A DNA stretch of 64,000 nucleotides from an uncultured Verrucomicrobiae bacterium. Its GTDB lineage: Bacteria; Verrucomicrobiota; Verrucomicrobiia; Limisphaerales; UBA11358. Both the position numbers and the translations under genes were made by a program. Shown here piece after piece: positions 31,396 through 42,260 of the stretch (the stretch's first letter is position 1; each line of letters starts with the position of its first letter). The notes beneath the pieces are model-generated. The model saw nothing but the letters and a program-made list of their open reading frames with translations, was not told the origin of the DNA and did not search any database. The DNA lies in assembly GCA_963830235.1 (NCBI GenBank), contig CAWHLR010000016.1, positions 28,474 through 92,473 on the forward strand. The letters are read 5' to 3'.

Positions 31396-32610
31396 TTAAT
31401 TTACCGGCTTTGCCGGTCTTGTTCGCAACACCAGCAAGGCGCCGAGGGAAAACAAAACGGCGCTGTAACCGAACGCCACGCTCGTGCCCTTCGCCGTCCA
31501 CAACGCGCCGACGATGATGCTGGACAGGAAATCGCCAACGCCGTTCACAGTGGCCAGCACGCCGAACGCCATGCCGTGCTGTTCCTCGCCCACCAGTTCC
31601 GCGCAGAATGAGTCTTCCAGCGTTTCCCCAATCGCCACATGGATGCCGCTCAGAACAAAAATGATGCCTAGGAGCCCAATCGTCATCGGCGCGGCCACAA
31701 TCAACAGCGCCATCACCGCCGCCAGCGCGTAACCGGCCGCGAGCACGTATTGTTTTTTGAAATGGTCCGCTAGCCAGCCCGCCACATAGGCGAACCCGGC
31801 GTAAAATATGTTTCGCAGGACGTAAAATCCCACCGCCACGCTGGTTGCAATGGCCAGACCCATCGCCGGTGCGAGCCTTTGTGTCGCCAGCAAAATCAAC
31901 AGCGTGGGGGCGAAGTCGCCCGCGCCGAAAATTCCGACGGCAACAAGGAATTTTCGGTAAGGCCGCGGTAGCAAACGCAGCCGTTCGCCGAATGAGATGT
32001 GCGACACGGGTTTGCGCTCTTTTTCCCGGACCAGAAGCGCGATTACGCCGGCGGCGCAAATGCCGGGAATGAGCGTCAGCAGGAAAACGTGGCGGTAATT
32101 GTGTTTTAGCGCGTTGAGCAGAACCAAAGCTGTGGCCGGGCCGGCAATCGCGCCGACGGTGTCCATCATCCGCTCGAAGCCAAAGGCGCGGCCATAAGTT
32201 TCCTTCGTGACTGCGGCGGCGAGCAGCGCCTTGCGCACGGGCGTGCGCACACCTCGTCCGAGCCAGGCAAGCGACCGCGAAAGCAAAATGTGCCAGGCGG
32301 CGGTGGCCAGTCCGAAAGACGCCGTGCCGAGCGCAGTGACGAGATAGCCGGCGACGGCGATGGGTTTGCGGTGCTGGAGTTTGTCCGTGTAAAAGCCGGA
32401 CGCCATCTTGGCGAAGCTGGACAGGCCGTCGGCAACGCCTTCAATCACACCCAGCCACGCCGCCGCCGCGCCCATGGAGGCGAGAAACGCGGGCAGGACG
32501 GTGGTGGCGATTTCGTGCGACCAGTCGCTGAGCAGCGACGCCAGCCCGATGCCGAGCACGGTGCGGTTGAGCCAGCGTGGCGGTTGTTTTTCTGTCGCCA
32601 GAGTGTTCAC
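31396..32610 (-). CDS. MFS transporter
   Basis: About 12 hydrophobic segments; LSDWSHE, GRGVRTPVR, GRAFGFERMMDTVGA. Confidence 0.9.
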   Translation of the reverse strand: MNTLATEKQPPRWLNRTVLGIGLASLLSDWSHEIATTVLPAFLASMGAAAAWLGVIEGVADGLSSFAKMASGFYTDKLQHRKPIAVAGYLVTALGTASFGLATAAWHILLSRSLAWLGRGVRTPVRKALLAAAVTKETYGRAFGFERMMDTVGAIAGPATALVLLNALKHNYRHVFLLTLIPGICAAGVIALLVREKERKPVSHISFGERLRLLPRPYRKFLVAVGIFGAGDFAPTLLILLATQRLAPAMGLAIATSVAVGFYVLRNIFYAGFAYVAGWLADHFKKQYVLAAGYALAAVMALLIVAAPMTIGLLGIIFVLSGIHVAIGETLEDSFCAELVGEEQHGMAFGVLATVNGVGDFLSSIIVGALWTAKGTSVAFGYSAVLFSLGALLVLRTRPAKPVN

Positions 32611-32655
32611 AAATCCATTGAACAACAAAGAAACAAAGAAACGAAGAAAAACTGG

Positions 32656-32731
32656 CGTAGCGGCTTCTCGGCAGAGAGCCGCACTATTCAATTTGCCGGA
32701 GGAATGTGGCGCTCTGCCGAGGCGCCGCTAC
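32656..32731. repeat. GTAG-type REP inverted pair
   Basis: CGTAGCGGCTTCTCGGCAGAGAGCCGC ... GTGGCGCTCTGCCGAGGCGCCGCTACG; a related half-copy lies at 1-21. Confidence 0.8.
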
Positions 32732-32750
32732 GGAATCCCTCCGAACTATT

Positions 32751-33098
32751 TCAGGCGGCGGGTTCCGGCCCGGCGCGGTAATGGACGACCTTCACCTTTT
32801 CCAGCGTCACCAGGCCGCCGCCCATCATCGCGTCGAGGACGGGCAGGAAGGCATTGATTTTTTCCTCGCTGTCCACGATTTCGATGACGAGCGGCAGGTC
32901 CATCGAGAGCCGTAGGATTTTGGCGGTGTGCAGGTGGCTGGTTTTGCCGAAGCCCATCGGCCCGCGCAGCACGGTGGCGCCGGCCAGATGCAGTTCGCGC
33001 GCCTTGAGCACAATGGCTTCGTAGAGCGGTTTGTGTTCCCAGCGGTCGCTTTCGCCGAGGAAGATTCGCAACAAGACGGCGTCTTTTGGAATTTGCAT
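32751..33098 (-). CDS. DUF190 (PII-like) protein
   Basis: LLRIFLGESD, AGATVLRGPMGFG, LSMDLPLVIEIVD; directly downstream of crcB, a known pairing. Confidence 0.9.
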   Translation of the reverse strand: MQIPKDAVLLRIFLGESDRWEHKPLYEAIVLKARELHLAGATVLRGPMGFGKTSHLHTAKILRLSMDLPLVIEIVDSEEKINAFLPVLDAMMGGGLVTLEKVKVVHYRAGPEPAA

Positions 33099-33099
33099 G

Positions 33100-33504
33100 T
33101 CAATTTCCTTTCAGGGAGTTAACCATCAAGCCGAGCATCCAGCCAAGCCAGACGGCGGCCATGCACAGCACGACCGACAGCACCACGTTGCCGCCGGCGT
33201 AAAGCCATTCGCGGTCGCGCAGGAGATTCAGGGTTTGCAGGCTGAACGAAGAAAACGTGGTGAAACCGCCGCAGATGCCGATCATCAAAAATTGCGTGGC
33301 GAAGGCGCGCGACTGCGAATCCATCCGTCCTTCCGGATTGGCCAGCGCCCCGATCAGGCCGATGACAAACGAGCCGGAGATGTTGATGAGCATCGTGCCC
33401 CACGGAAAGGTTTCGCCGAACCGGGTTGAGATGATGCCGTTGAGCCAGAAGCGGCTCACGCTGCCGAGCGCGCCGCCGATTGCCACCCAAAGGTACGTCA
33501 GCAT
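33100..33504 (-). CDS. crcB: Fluoride efflux channel Fluc/CrcB
   Basis: GGALGSVSR, FPWGT..IN..GSF, GGFTTFSSF. Confidence 0.96.
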   Translation of the reverse strand: MLTYLWVAIGGALGSVSRFWLNGIISTRFGETFPWGTMLINISGSFVIGLIGALANPEGRMDSQSRAFATQFLMIGICGGFTTFSSFSLQTLNLLRDREWLYAGGNVVLSVVLCMAAVWLGWMLGLMVNSLKGN

Positions 33505-33544
33505 AAGAATACTCCTGCCAATGACCGCCGATTCAACGGGCACC

Positions 33545-33610
33545 GATAGGAGTCATCAGCGCTGAAACAGTCAGGCGGTTTTCCCATCGGGGAAGGCAAA
33601 CTCCATTGCC
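33545..33610 (-). ncRNA. Fluoride riboswitch (crcB motif)
   Basis: Minus strand GGCAATGGAGTTTGCC...AACCGC...GCTGATGACTCCTA matches the consensus, about 40 nt upstream of crcB. Confidence 0.92.
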
Positions 33611-33839
33611 GGGGAAATGAATAGCAGGCCGGTCGCGCCTTGGCAATCGCAAAGCCGATTTACAGCACTGGCAGCGTGGCTGGCAGTGGCGGAATGGCAG
33701 GTGAAAACACCTCGTGCCTGGTCCAATCTGCGCAGAAAACACAATAACTTCCCTGCAGCGAGCCGCTGCGGAAATATTCCGGGAATTGAGGCCGCGGCTT
33801 CATTCCCGGTCTGGTAACGGAAAAATCAGCCGCAAACGC

Positions 33840-34163
33840 TTACTTGGCCTTTTTATCGGCCCGGAATTTGGCCCAGCGCGCCCGGGCGGCGGCGGCGATT
33901 TTCCGGCGGGCCGCGAGGCTCATGGTGCGTTTCTTGGGAGCGGCTTTGGCCGTTCCTCTGACCCTGGCCCAGCGCGCCCGGGCAGCGGCGGCGATTTTCC
34001 GACGGGCTGCGAGGCTCATGGTGCGTTTCTTGGGAGCCGCTTTTCCAGCCGGAGCCGAATCGGCGACGATGGCTTGAAGCTTCGATTGCAACTTCTCGAT
34101 TTTTTCCTTCAATGTGATGATGCGTTTTAGCTGGGCAGATGAGATGCTAAGTATTTCTTTCAT
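33840..34163 (-). CDS. Small, highly basic protein with a coiled coil and two 32-aa repeats (putative DNA-binding)
   Basis: KAAPKKRTMSLAARRKIAAAARARWA twice, 96-bp period in the DNA. Confidence 0.8.
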   Translation of the reverse strand: MKEILSISSAQLKRIITLKEKIEKLQSKLQAIVADSAPAGKAAPKKRTMSLAARRKIAAAARARWARVRGTAKAAPKKRTMSLAARRKIAAAARARWAKFRADKKAK

Positions 34164-34347
34164 ATATCAGTGAATATTGTGGAAAATCGCGCGTTTTGTC
34201 CAGCTTCTAAATGGAATCAATTAATGCGGCCTAAAGTTGCCCGGCAACCAAGGGCGAAAATGGGTTTTGCGAAAACCGGAGATTGCGCTTGGCGGATCAA
34301 CTCGCCATGATGAAGCCGTGCGATGTTTAAACCAATTTCGCGGACTG

Positions 34348-35385
34348 ATGATGATTGGCGCCTGGACGCTGGCGTGCGCGGCCGGCGTTTCCGCCCAAAC
34401 CAATGTGCCGCCGAGAATCCCGGCCGCGGCAGCCACCAATTACCTGAACCAGGAAGTCGTCGTGACCGACCGGGTGGCCCAGGTCACCCTCCGCCCGACC
34501 ATCGTGTTCTTGAATTTGAACCAGCGATATCCCGACTCTCCCCTCACCTGCGTCATCAAGGGAAGCGATACGAATAATTTTCCCGATTTGAAGAACTATC
34601 AGGACAAGGAAGTTGAAGTGTCGGGACGCATCGCTGATTTTCAGGGAAAGCCGGAAATTGTTCTCACGAACACAAACCAGATCAAAATTTTGGCTGACGT
34701 CCCAGTTCCCCAGCCGGTGGTTCAACCGGCGACGAACCCGGTACCGTCACTGCCACCGGCGGCCAAACCAACAACGAAAACCGCCCAGCCCGCGCAACCA
34801 GCAACAGTGGCGGCCGCTCAACCTCCGGTTCAGGTGGTGTGGTGGATTGTCGGGGCGCTCATCGTCATCACCGCGCTGTTGGGCTTTTTGGTGTTCCGGT
34901 TCTGGCGCAAAGGCGTGGCGGGTTCCGGCGCGCGCGCGGCTCATTCGATGTCCACGCTGTCGGCGCTGCAGGAGGGCGCGGCGGCGGATGCATTAACCGT
35001 CGAGGATTGGAAACAGCGCGCCCTTGTGGCCGAGGCGATGGCGGGGCGGCAGGGAGAGTTGCTGCGGGAAAAAATCATGCCCGAGCTGACTGAATTTGCC
35101 AAACAAAGCCTGGTTCAAGGCTTGTACGCGCAGCGCAACGCCCTGATTGAGCGGCAGCAAAAGGCGCAGCAAGCCCTCGCCGAGTTTGAATCGCGGCTGG
35201 CGGCCCTCCAATTGCCGTTCCAGGAGCGCATCCGCGCTTATGAAAAACGCATCGGCGAACTGGAAAAGGAAGTCGAGAACCAAGGGGAAGAAATGCGGGA
35301 ATTGACCCATGCCACGCTGGTGCTCGTGCGGAAGAAACTCGAGGATGAACGGGAGCACGAACGCACCCAAAGCCGCTTCAATTGA
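34348..35385 (+). CDS. Membrane protein with exported OB-fold-like domain, Pro-rich linker, transmembrane helix and cytoplasmic coiled coil
   Basis: Signal peptide; FLNL...YPDSPLTCVI...VEVSGRI..FQGKPEI; WWIVGALIVITALLGFLVF; heptad-rich C-terminus. Confidence 0.75.
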   Translation: MMIGAWTLACAAGVSAQTNVPPRIPAAAATNYLNQEVVVTDRVAQVTLRPTIVFLNLNQRYPDSPLTCVIKGSDTNNFPDLKNYQDKEVEVSGRIADFQGKPEIVLTNTNQIKILADVPVPQPVVQPATNPVPSLPPAAKPTTKTAQPAQPATVAAAQPPVQVVWWIVGALIVITALLGFLVFRFWRKGVAGSGARAAHSMSTLSALQEGAAADALTVEDWKQRALVAEAMAGRQGELLREKIMPELTEFAKQSLVQGLYAQRNALIERQQKAQQALAEFESRLAALQLPFQERIRAYEKRIGELEKEVENQGEEMRELTHATLVLVRKKLEDEREHERTQSRFN

Positions 35386-35509
35386 ACGGCGGATTCTCTG
35401 GCGGGAAATTTTTCACGCGAGAATTTCCAACCAACGCCTTCTTGACTCGCTACGCGCAACTTTTATCATGGCCGCTTCGGATTTTGAAGTTTGAGAATTT
35501 AAAAAATAA

Positions 35510-36802
<1,293 letters not shown>

Positions 36803-36839
36803 GCTTGTGTTCACCCGTGGCGAGAGTTAGATTCTGACC

Positions 36840-37277
36840 ATGGAACTGAAAGAACAGGCAAAGCCTTACATGGGCGAAGTCAGAATCAAGGTAAAGTTGA
36901 GCAACGTAGCTGACCAAGCGGCGGTGGCTGCGGGACAGCTTTCGCCCGATCAGGTCAGAAATGTCGAAGCCGATGCGATGGTGGACACTGGCGCGGTACG
37001 TTCATGTGTTCCGGCACCGTTGCTGGAGCAGTTGGGGATAAAACCCTATGATCGGGTGACAATCGAACTCGCGGACGGCCGCAAGAACGAGGTGGGCATT
37101 GCTGATGGTGTGCGCTTCGAGATTATGCAGCGCCGTTCCAGCGATGACGCTTTGATTCTGGGCGATGAAGTGTTGATCGGCCAGACGTTGCTGGAGAAAA
37201 TGGATTTGCTGGTGGACTGCAACCGCCAACGTTTGGTGCCTGCACATCCTGAAGGCGCGGTCAACAAGCTCAAGTAG
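36840..37277 (+). CDS. Clan AA (retropepsin-like) aspartyl protease
   Basis: AMVDTGA, LADG, VLIGQTLLEKMDL. Confidence 0.85.
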   Translation: MELKEQAKPYMGEVRIKVKLSNVADQAAVAAGQLSPDQVRNVEADAMVDTGAVRSCVPAPLLEQLGIKPYDRVTIELADGRKNEVGIADGVRFEIMQRRSSDDALILGDEVLIGQTLLEKMDLLVDCNRQRLVPAHPEGAVNKLK

Positions 37278-37310
37278 CATCGCCGTGGCGACGAACTGCG
37301 GCCAGAACAA
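37278..37310 (+). repeat. Short duplicate of a late eno segment
   Basis: 30/33 identical to 36649-36681. Confidence 0.75.
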
Positions 37311-37368
37311 AATTCAATACCCGGAATCCAGGTGACTGGTTTGCGGGTTTTCCTTTCGCTGCATTGCT

Positions 37369-39045
37369 CTATTTTACCTTCACCACGGCGAAGCTTGCCG
37401 GGGGCAGGACGACGTGCCAGCTGCCGGCGTCGCGGCGGAAGGCAGTTGTTTCGCCGGCCAGCGATTGCATTTCGCCCGCCTTGATTTTGCGGGGCAGGGC
37501 GGCTTCACACGGTTTTGCGGTGGGGTTGAGCGCCACGAGAATTTCCTCGCCGGCCTTCGCGCGGCGGAAGACGAACGGCCAGCCGTCCTTTGCGACGAGC
37601 ACGGTTTCGTAGTCGCCGCTGGCTCCGAGTGCCGGGTGCGCTTTGCGCAAGGCAATCAGCGCACGCGTGAGGTAGAGGCTCGACGCCGGATCGGCCAGTT
37701 GTGCGGCAACCGTCGGCCGGTTGGTGGCCGAATCAATCGGCAGATAGAGTTTTTCCACAGGCGCGGTGGAAAAACCGGCGTTGGTGGAGGCGTCCCATTG
37801 CATGGGCGTGCGCGCGCCGGTGCGGCCGTAACCACCCTCTTTCGATGGCAAACCGTTCAGCGAGCGCATGCCGATTTCGTCTCCGTAATAAATGAACGGC
37901 ACGCCCGGCATCGTGAGCAGAAAAGCCATCGCCACGTCCACCTCGCGCGCATCGCGTCCGTTGCCGAGGCGCGGCACCGTGTCATGGTTGCCGCTGGGAA
38001 TGGCGATGAAACCTTTGCCTTTCGTCGCCGCGAGGAGCGGCTCGAACTCGTCGAGAAACACGTTGATGCTGGTTTGACCGCTGCGATCAAAGATTGGCTT
38101 GGCATTACCATCGGCGCGAAACAGCGCCTTGTAGCCCGGCTTGGCGAACGGCAGCAGAAAATCCATGTGGAACCCGGCGGGAATGGCGACTTGTGGTTGC
38201 GACCATTCCGAGACCAGCGCGCAGTCGGGATATTCCTTGTCCATCCATTGCCGGAACTCGTGCCAAAGCGCCGCCGTGGCCTTGCCGTCCGGATCGTTTT
38301 TTACGAGCGACCCCGCCATGTCCACGCGGAAACCGCTGGCGCCCATGTCGAACCAGAAACGCATGATGTTCTTCAATTCATTGCGCACCGCGCGCGGGCC
38401 GGGCGCGTCAATCGGTTGCTGCCACGGCGCCTTGGGATCGGGCTTCGCGAAGCCGTAGTTTAGAGCCGGCTGGAAATGGAAAAAGTTGGGGATGTAGTTG
38501 GCGTCGCGCTCGGCGCCGCCGACCACCACCTGTTGCCCGGGCGCGGTCCAAGTCCACACGCTGTCGGTCCAAATATACCAGTCGGTGTATTTGTTGCGCT
38601 CGTGCCGCTGCGATTCCTGGAACCACGGATGCTGGTCGGAGGTGTGCCCGGCGACGAGGTCGAGCATCACGCGGATGCCGAGCCGGCGCGCCTCGGCGAA
38701 CAGCGCCCGCAGGTCGTCGTTGGAACCGTAGCGCGGCGCGACCTTGTAGAAATCGGAGACGTCGTAGCCGGCGTCACGAAAGGGCGACTCGAAACACGGA
38801 TTCAACCAGATGCCGGTGATGCCGAGGTCGTGCAGGTAAGGCAGTTTTTCCGTGATGCCTCGCAGGTCGCCGATGCCGTCGCCGTTCGAGTCGCGGAACG
38901 ACTGCGGATAAATTTCGTAGAAAACCGAATGTTCAAGCCATGCGGGCATGTTGGTGGAAGTTTCGACGCCTTGGGCCAGAGGTGCAAGTGCGATCATCGT
39001 GGCGGCGAGCACCGCCGCCCGGCGGAATGGGATGTTATGATTCAT
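37369..39045 (-). CDS. GH13 alpha-amylase family glycosidase with signal peptide
   Basis: YEIYPQSFRDSNGDGIGDL, DLVAGHTS, GFRVDMA, VSEW, NHD, YYGDEIGM, RTPMQW. Confidence 0.92.
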   Translation of the reverse strand: MNHNIPFRRAAVLAATMIALAPLAQGVETSTNMPAWLEHSVFYEIYPQSFRDSNGDGIGDLRGITEKLPYLHDLGITGIWLNPCFESPFRDAGYDVSDFYKVAPRYGSNDDLRALFAEARRLGIRVMLDLVAGHTSDQHPWFQESQRHERNKYTDWYIWTDSVWTWTAPGQQVVVGGAERDANYIPNFFHFQPALNYGFAKPDPKAPWQQPIDAPGPRAVRNELKNIMRFWFDMGASGFRVDMAGSLVKNDPDGKATAALWHEFRQWMDKEYPDCALVSEWSQPQVAIPAGFHMDFLLPFAKPGYKALFRADGNAKPIFDRSGQTSINVFLDEFEPLLAATKGKGFIAIPSGNHDTVPRLGNGRDAREVDVAMAFLLTMPGVPFIYYGDEIGMRSLNGLPSKEGGYGRTGARTPMQWDASTNAGFSTAPVEKLYLPIDSATNRPTVAAQLADPASSLYLTRALIALRKAHPALGASGDYETVLVAKDGWPFVFRRAKAGEEILVALNPTAKPCEAALPRKIKAGEMQSLAGETTAFRRDAGSWHVVLPPASFAVVKVK

Positions 39046-39198
39046 AATCGGCAATTGTTTATTGGCGCGAATCTTGGCGAAGAGCGGCAGGCGAATACAA
39101 GCGGCAACTTGGGCCGTCCTTGGTGATTGCTCCGGCGAAACCGGGACCGCAGATTTTAGGTGGATTTTCCGCCGGATTTTGCGATGTTAGGCGCTTAC

Positions 39199-39681
39199 AT
39201 GAAACCGATCATCAAACTTTTGCTCGAAGGCGGCGGTTTGAGCAACGCCCAAATGGCGCAAGTACTCAACCTGTCCGAGGCCGAAGTCAACCGCCAGTTG
39301 GACGAATTGCGCCAGCAACGCATCCTGCTGGGCCATCGCCCGGTGCTGAATCTCGCCAACGAAGAGGCGGGCGCCGTGCGCGCCGTCATCGAGGTGCGCA
39401 TCACGCCGGAACGCAGCGGCGGCTTCAATCGCCTGGCCGAGCGCATCAGCCGCTTCGACGAGGTGGAATCGTGCTATCTCATGTCCGGCGGCTACGATTT
39501 GCTCGTGTTTGTGACCGGCTCCAGCCTGCAAAAGGTTGCGGGGTTCGTTTCCGAAAAACTCGCCACCGTTGAGGGCGTGCTTTCCACTGCCACGCATTTC
39601 ATGCTGCGCTCCTACAAGGAACAGGGCTTCATGATGGACGTGAAATCGGAGGAAACCGAACGGCTCAACGTCACGCCGTGA
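39199..39681 (+). CDS. Lrp/AsnC family regulator
   Basis: N-terminal HTH; EVESCYLMSGGYDL; STATHF. Confidence 0.9.
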   Translation: MKPIIKLLLEGGGLSNAQMAQVLNLSEAEVNRQLDELRQQRILLGHRPVLNLANEEAGAVRAVIEVRITPERSGGFNRLAERISRFDEVESCYLMSGGYDLLVFVTGSSLQKVAGFVSEKLATVEGVLSTATHFMLRSYKEQGFMMDVKSEETERLNVTP

Positions 39682-39691
39682 ACTATTAATT

Positions 39692-40192
39692 GTGAGATTC
39701 GATAGCAATATAACTAATTGGCTGCTTCGCTTGCTGCCGCGCTTAATACCAATAGCTTTAAGCATTGTTGGCTGGAATTTTGCGCGGTGGACAGGCGCAG
39801 CCATTGGTTTTTTCATCGGATGTTTGATCGCGGTTGTATCATGGGCAATTGCATATTATCACCTACGAAAGTTGCAGATACGGAAACGGATGGCAGAAAT
39901 TTCTGCTTTATCGGACGAACAATTGAAAAAAATTGCTGTTGATCCAACTTCTCGTGATTTTGGCTATGCCATCTCAGAGTTAAATCACCGCGGAATTAAC
40001 ATTCGTCCGTCTGTTGAGACTCTGTTTGAGCTTTTGACGTTTTCAAACCCCAATAGACGGGCAATAGGATATTCAAATCTTGCCATAATGTATCCAACAA
40101 CTTTTGAGAAAGTTGCGAAACAAGACTCGTCATCGGCCGATACACCCGAAGTTTGGCGAGAAAGAATTGCGGCTTTCAAAGCTGTAAATTGA
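39692..40192 (+). CDS. AT-rich hypothetical membrane protein
   Basis: 166-aa ORF with two hydrophobic segments; much lower GC than the flanks; start uncertain. Confidence 0.6.
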   Translation: MRFDSNITNWLLRLLPRLIPIALSIVGWNFARWTGAAIGFFIGCLIAVVSWAIAYYHLRKLQIRKRMAEISALSDEQLKKIAVDPTSRDFGYAISELNHRGINIRPSVETLFELLTFSNPNRRAIGYSNLAIMYPTTFEKVAKQDSSSADTPEVWRERIAAFKAVN

Positions 40193-40214
40193 TTTTCAAA
40201 AGACAGAATTTTCT

Positions 40215-41390
40215 ATGAATCATTCTGGTTTCATCGCCCGGCACGTCATTGACCTGCCCAAGTCCGGCATCCGCGACTTTTTTGAAGTCGTCGCGAAGAT
40301 GAAGGACGTGATTTCGCTCGGCATCGGCGAGCCGGACTTCGACACGCCCTGGCACATTCGCGAAGCCGCGATTTACGCGCTGGAAAAGGGCAAAACGCAT
40401 TACACCTCCAACCTGGGCCTGATCGAACTGCGCCGCGCCATCAGCCGGTACGTCGAAAAAAACTTCGGCATCGGCTACCGGCCGGAAGACGAAATTCTCG
40501 TCACCGTGGGCGTGAGCGAGGCGCTGGACATTGCCTTCCGCGCCTTCGTCAATCCCGGCGACAAGGTGATGTTCCACCAGCCGTGCTACGTCAGCTATCA
40601 TCCCAGCGTCACGCTGACGCATGGCGTGGCAGTTTCCGTGCCGACGTACGCCAAGGACAATTTCGCCCTCACCTCCGATGCCTTGCGCGCCGCCTGGCAG
40701 CCGGGCTGCAAATTGCTCGTGTTGAACCTGCCGTGCAATCCCACCGGCGGCACCTGCAACCGCGCCCAGATCGAAGCCATCGCAAAATTTGCGGTGGAAA
40801 AAGATTTGCTGGTGTTGAGCGACGAAATTTATTCCGAACTGACGTTTGAAGGCGAACACGTCAGCATCGCCGGCCTGCCGGGCATGAAGGAACGCGTGAT
40901 TTTTCTGCACGGATTTTCCAAGGCCTTCGCCATGACCGGCTGGCGCATCGGTTATGCCTGCGGACCGGCGGCGCTCATCGAGGCCATGATGAAGGTGCAT
41001 CAATACTCCATGATGTGCGCCTCGATCATCAGCCAGGAAGGCGCCATCGAGGCGTTGCAACGCGGCGAGGACGCCATGAAAGCAATGCGCGACCAGTACC
41101 ATCGCCGCCGTGATTTCATCGTCCGCCGGCTCAACGAAATCGGGTTGAAATGCCACCTGCCGCGCGGGTCGTTCTATGCGTTCCCGTCCGTGGCTGTTTC
41201 GGGGATGAATGAAAAGGAATTCGCCGTCGGTTTGCTGCAGGCCGAGCGCGTGGCGATGGTGCCGGGCACGGCCTTTGGCGAAAACGGCGCCGGCTTCTGC
41301 CGCGCCTGCTTCGCGACCAGCTACGAACAACTCATTGAAGCCGGCAACCGCATTGAGCGCTACGTGCAAACACTGGCGAAGAAGCGGTGA
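40215..41390 (+). CDS. Class I/II PLP aminotransferase
   Basis: SLGIGEPDF, CNPTG, SDEIY, GFSKAFAMTGWRIG. Confidence 0.95.
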   Translation: MNHSGFIARHVIDLPKSGIRDFFEVVAKMKDVISLGIGEPDFDTPWHIREAAIYALEKGKTHYTSNLGLIELRRAISRYVEKNFGIGYRPEDEILVTVGVSEALDIAFRAFVNPGDKVMFHQPCYVSYHPSVTLTHGVAVSVPTYAKDNFALTSDALRAAWQPGCKLLVLNLPCNPTGGTCNRAQIEAIAKFAVEKDLLVLSDEIYSELTFEGEHVSIAGLPGMKERVIFLHGFSKAFAMTGWRIGYACGPAALIEAMMKVHQYSMMCASIISQEGAIEALQRGEDAMKAMRDQYHRRRDFIVRRLNEIGLKCHLPRGSFYAFPSVAVSGMNEKEFAVGLLQAERVAMVPGTAFGENGAGFCRACFATSYEQLIEAGNRIERYVQTLAKKR

Positions 41391-41459
41391 TTGGGTGGTA
41401 AACTTCAATTCATGGTTGCATTGACTTGATTTCTCGGGGTGTGTCTTTGGAATCTGTTT

Positions 41460-41655
41460 GTAGCTGCGGAGCAGCGACCGATGGTAGCCCACGGTGAAAC
41501 CGTGGGCTTGGCCGCCAAAAGAATCAAAAGCCCCGGCAGGGGCGATAGAAAATCGGCAACGAAAATTTCTTTCGCCCCGTCTGGGGCTTTTTCCATCTGT
41601 GCGTTGATACCCACGGTTTCACCGTGGGCTACTGGCTTTCGCGCCTCCGGCGCTG
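41460..41655. repeat. REPIN-like long palindrome
   Basis: GTAGCCCACGGTGAAACCGTGGG ... AAAAGCCCC..GGGGCGA / TCGCCCC..GGGGCTTTT ... CCCACGGTTTCACCGTGGGCTAC nested inverted repeats. Confidence 0.85.
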
Positions 41656-41685
41656 ACACACTTCGAGGACGAGGACGATTTGGAT

Positions 41686-41907
41686 TCAATATCCCTGTTT
41701 CAGCAGCCGATGGGTGATGAACATCAAGGCAATGCAAGCCAGTGACATCCACAGTGCGCTGACAATCAAAAAAGACGCGGCGGTCATAGCCAGCCCGCCG
41801 AGGAACGGCAGCAAAGCCCGTTGCCGCCAGCCGTAAATCATATAGCCGCTGGCAATCGCGCTCCAAATGCACGACGCCCAGAGATAATGTTGGTTGAGCA
41901 AATCCAC
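41686..41907 (-). CDS. Small membrane protein
   Basis: 73-aa hydrophobic ORF with GY..YGWRQ motif. Confidence 0.7.
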   Translation of the reverse strand: MDLLNQHYLWASCIWSAIASGYMIYGWRQRALLPFLGGLAMTAASFLIVSALWMSLACIALMFITHRLLKQGY

Positions 41908-41996
41908 GCATCAACAATATGGCGCAATCTGCCGCCGCTGGCCAGCTTCTCCGGCTGCGGGCTTGTTTTGGGTGTGTGTTGTGCTAAGTTTTTTGT

Positions 41997-42209
41997 GTGA
42001 ACCGGTTCTTTAAACCGAACCTTGACCGCCACGGACGCATGGCGCGCGGCGTTATGGGCGCGCTGTGCCTCATCGCGGGCATCATCGTCGCCGGCGATTA
42101 TTTGTGGTGGCTGGGGCTGATTTTTGTGGTGGCAGGTCTTTTTGCCATTGCCGAATCTGTTAGCGGATGGTGCATCGCCCGCGCCTGCGGCATCCGAACC
42201 CGGTTCTGA
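41997..42209 (+). CDS. DUF2892/YgaP-like small membrane protein
   Basis: N.D..GR..R, two transmembrane segments, GWC..RACGI.T. Confidence 0.75.
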   Translation: MNRFFKPNLDRHGRMARGVMGALCLIAGIIVAGDYLWWLGLIFVVAGLFAIAESVSGWCIARACGIRTRF

Positions 42210-42260
42210 TGCGCATAAAATTGTTTTCCCCGCGCGAATTTTGCCTATCCTGCGTGCAGA

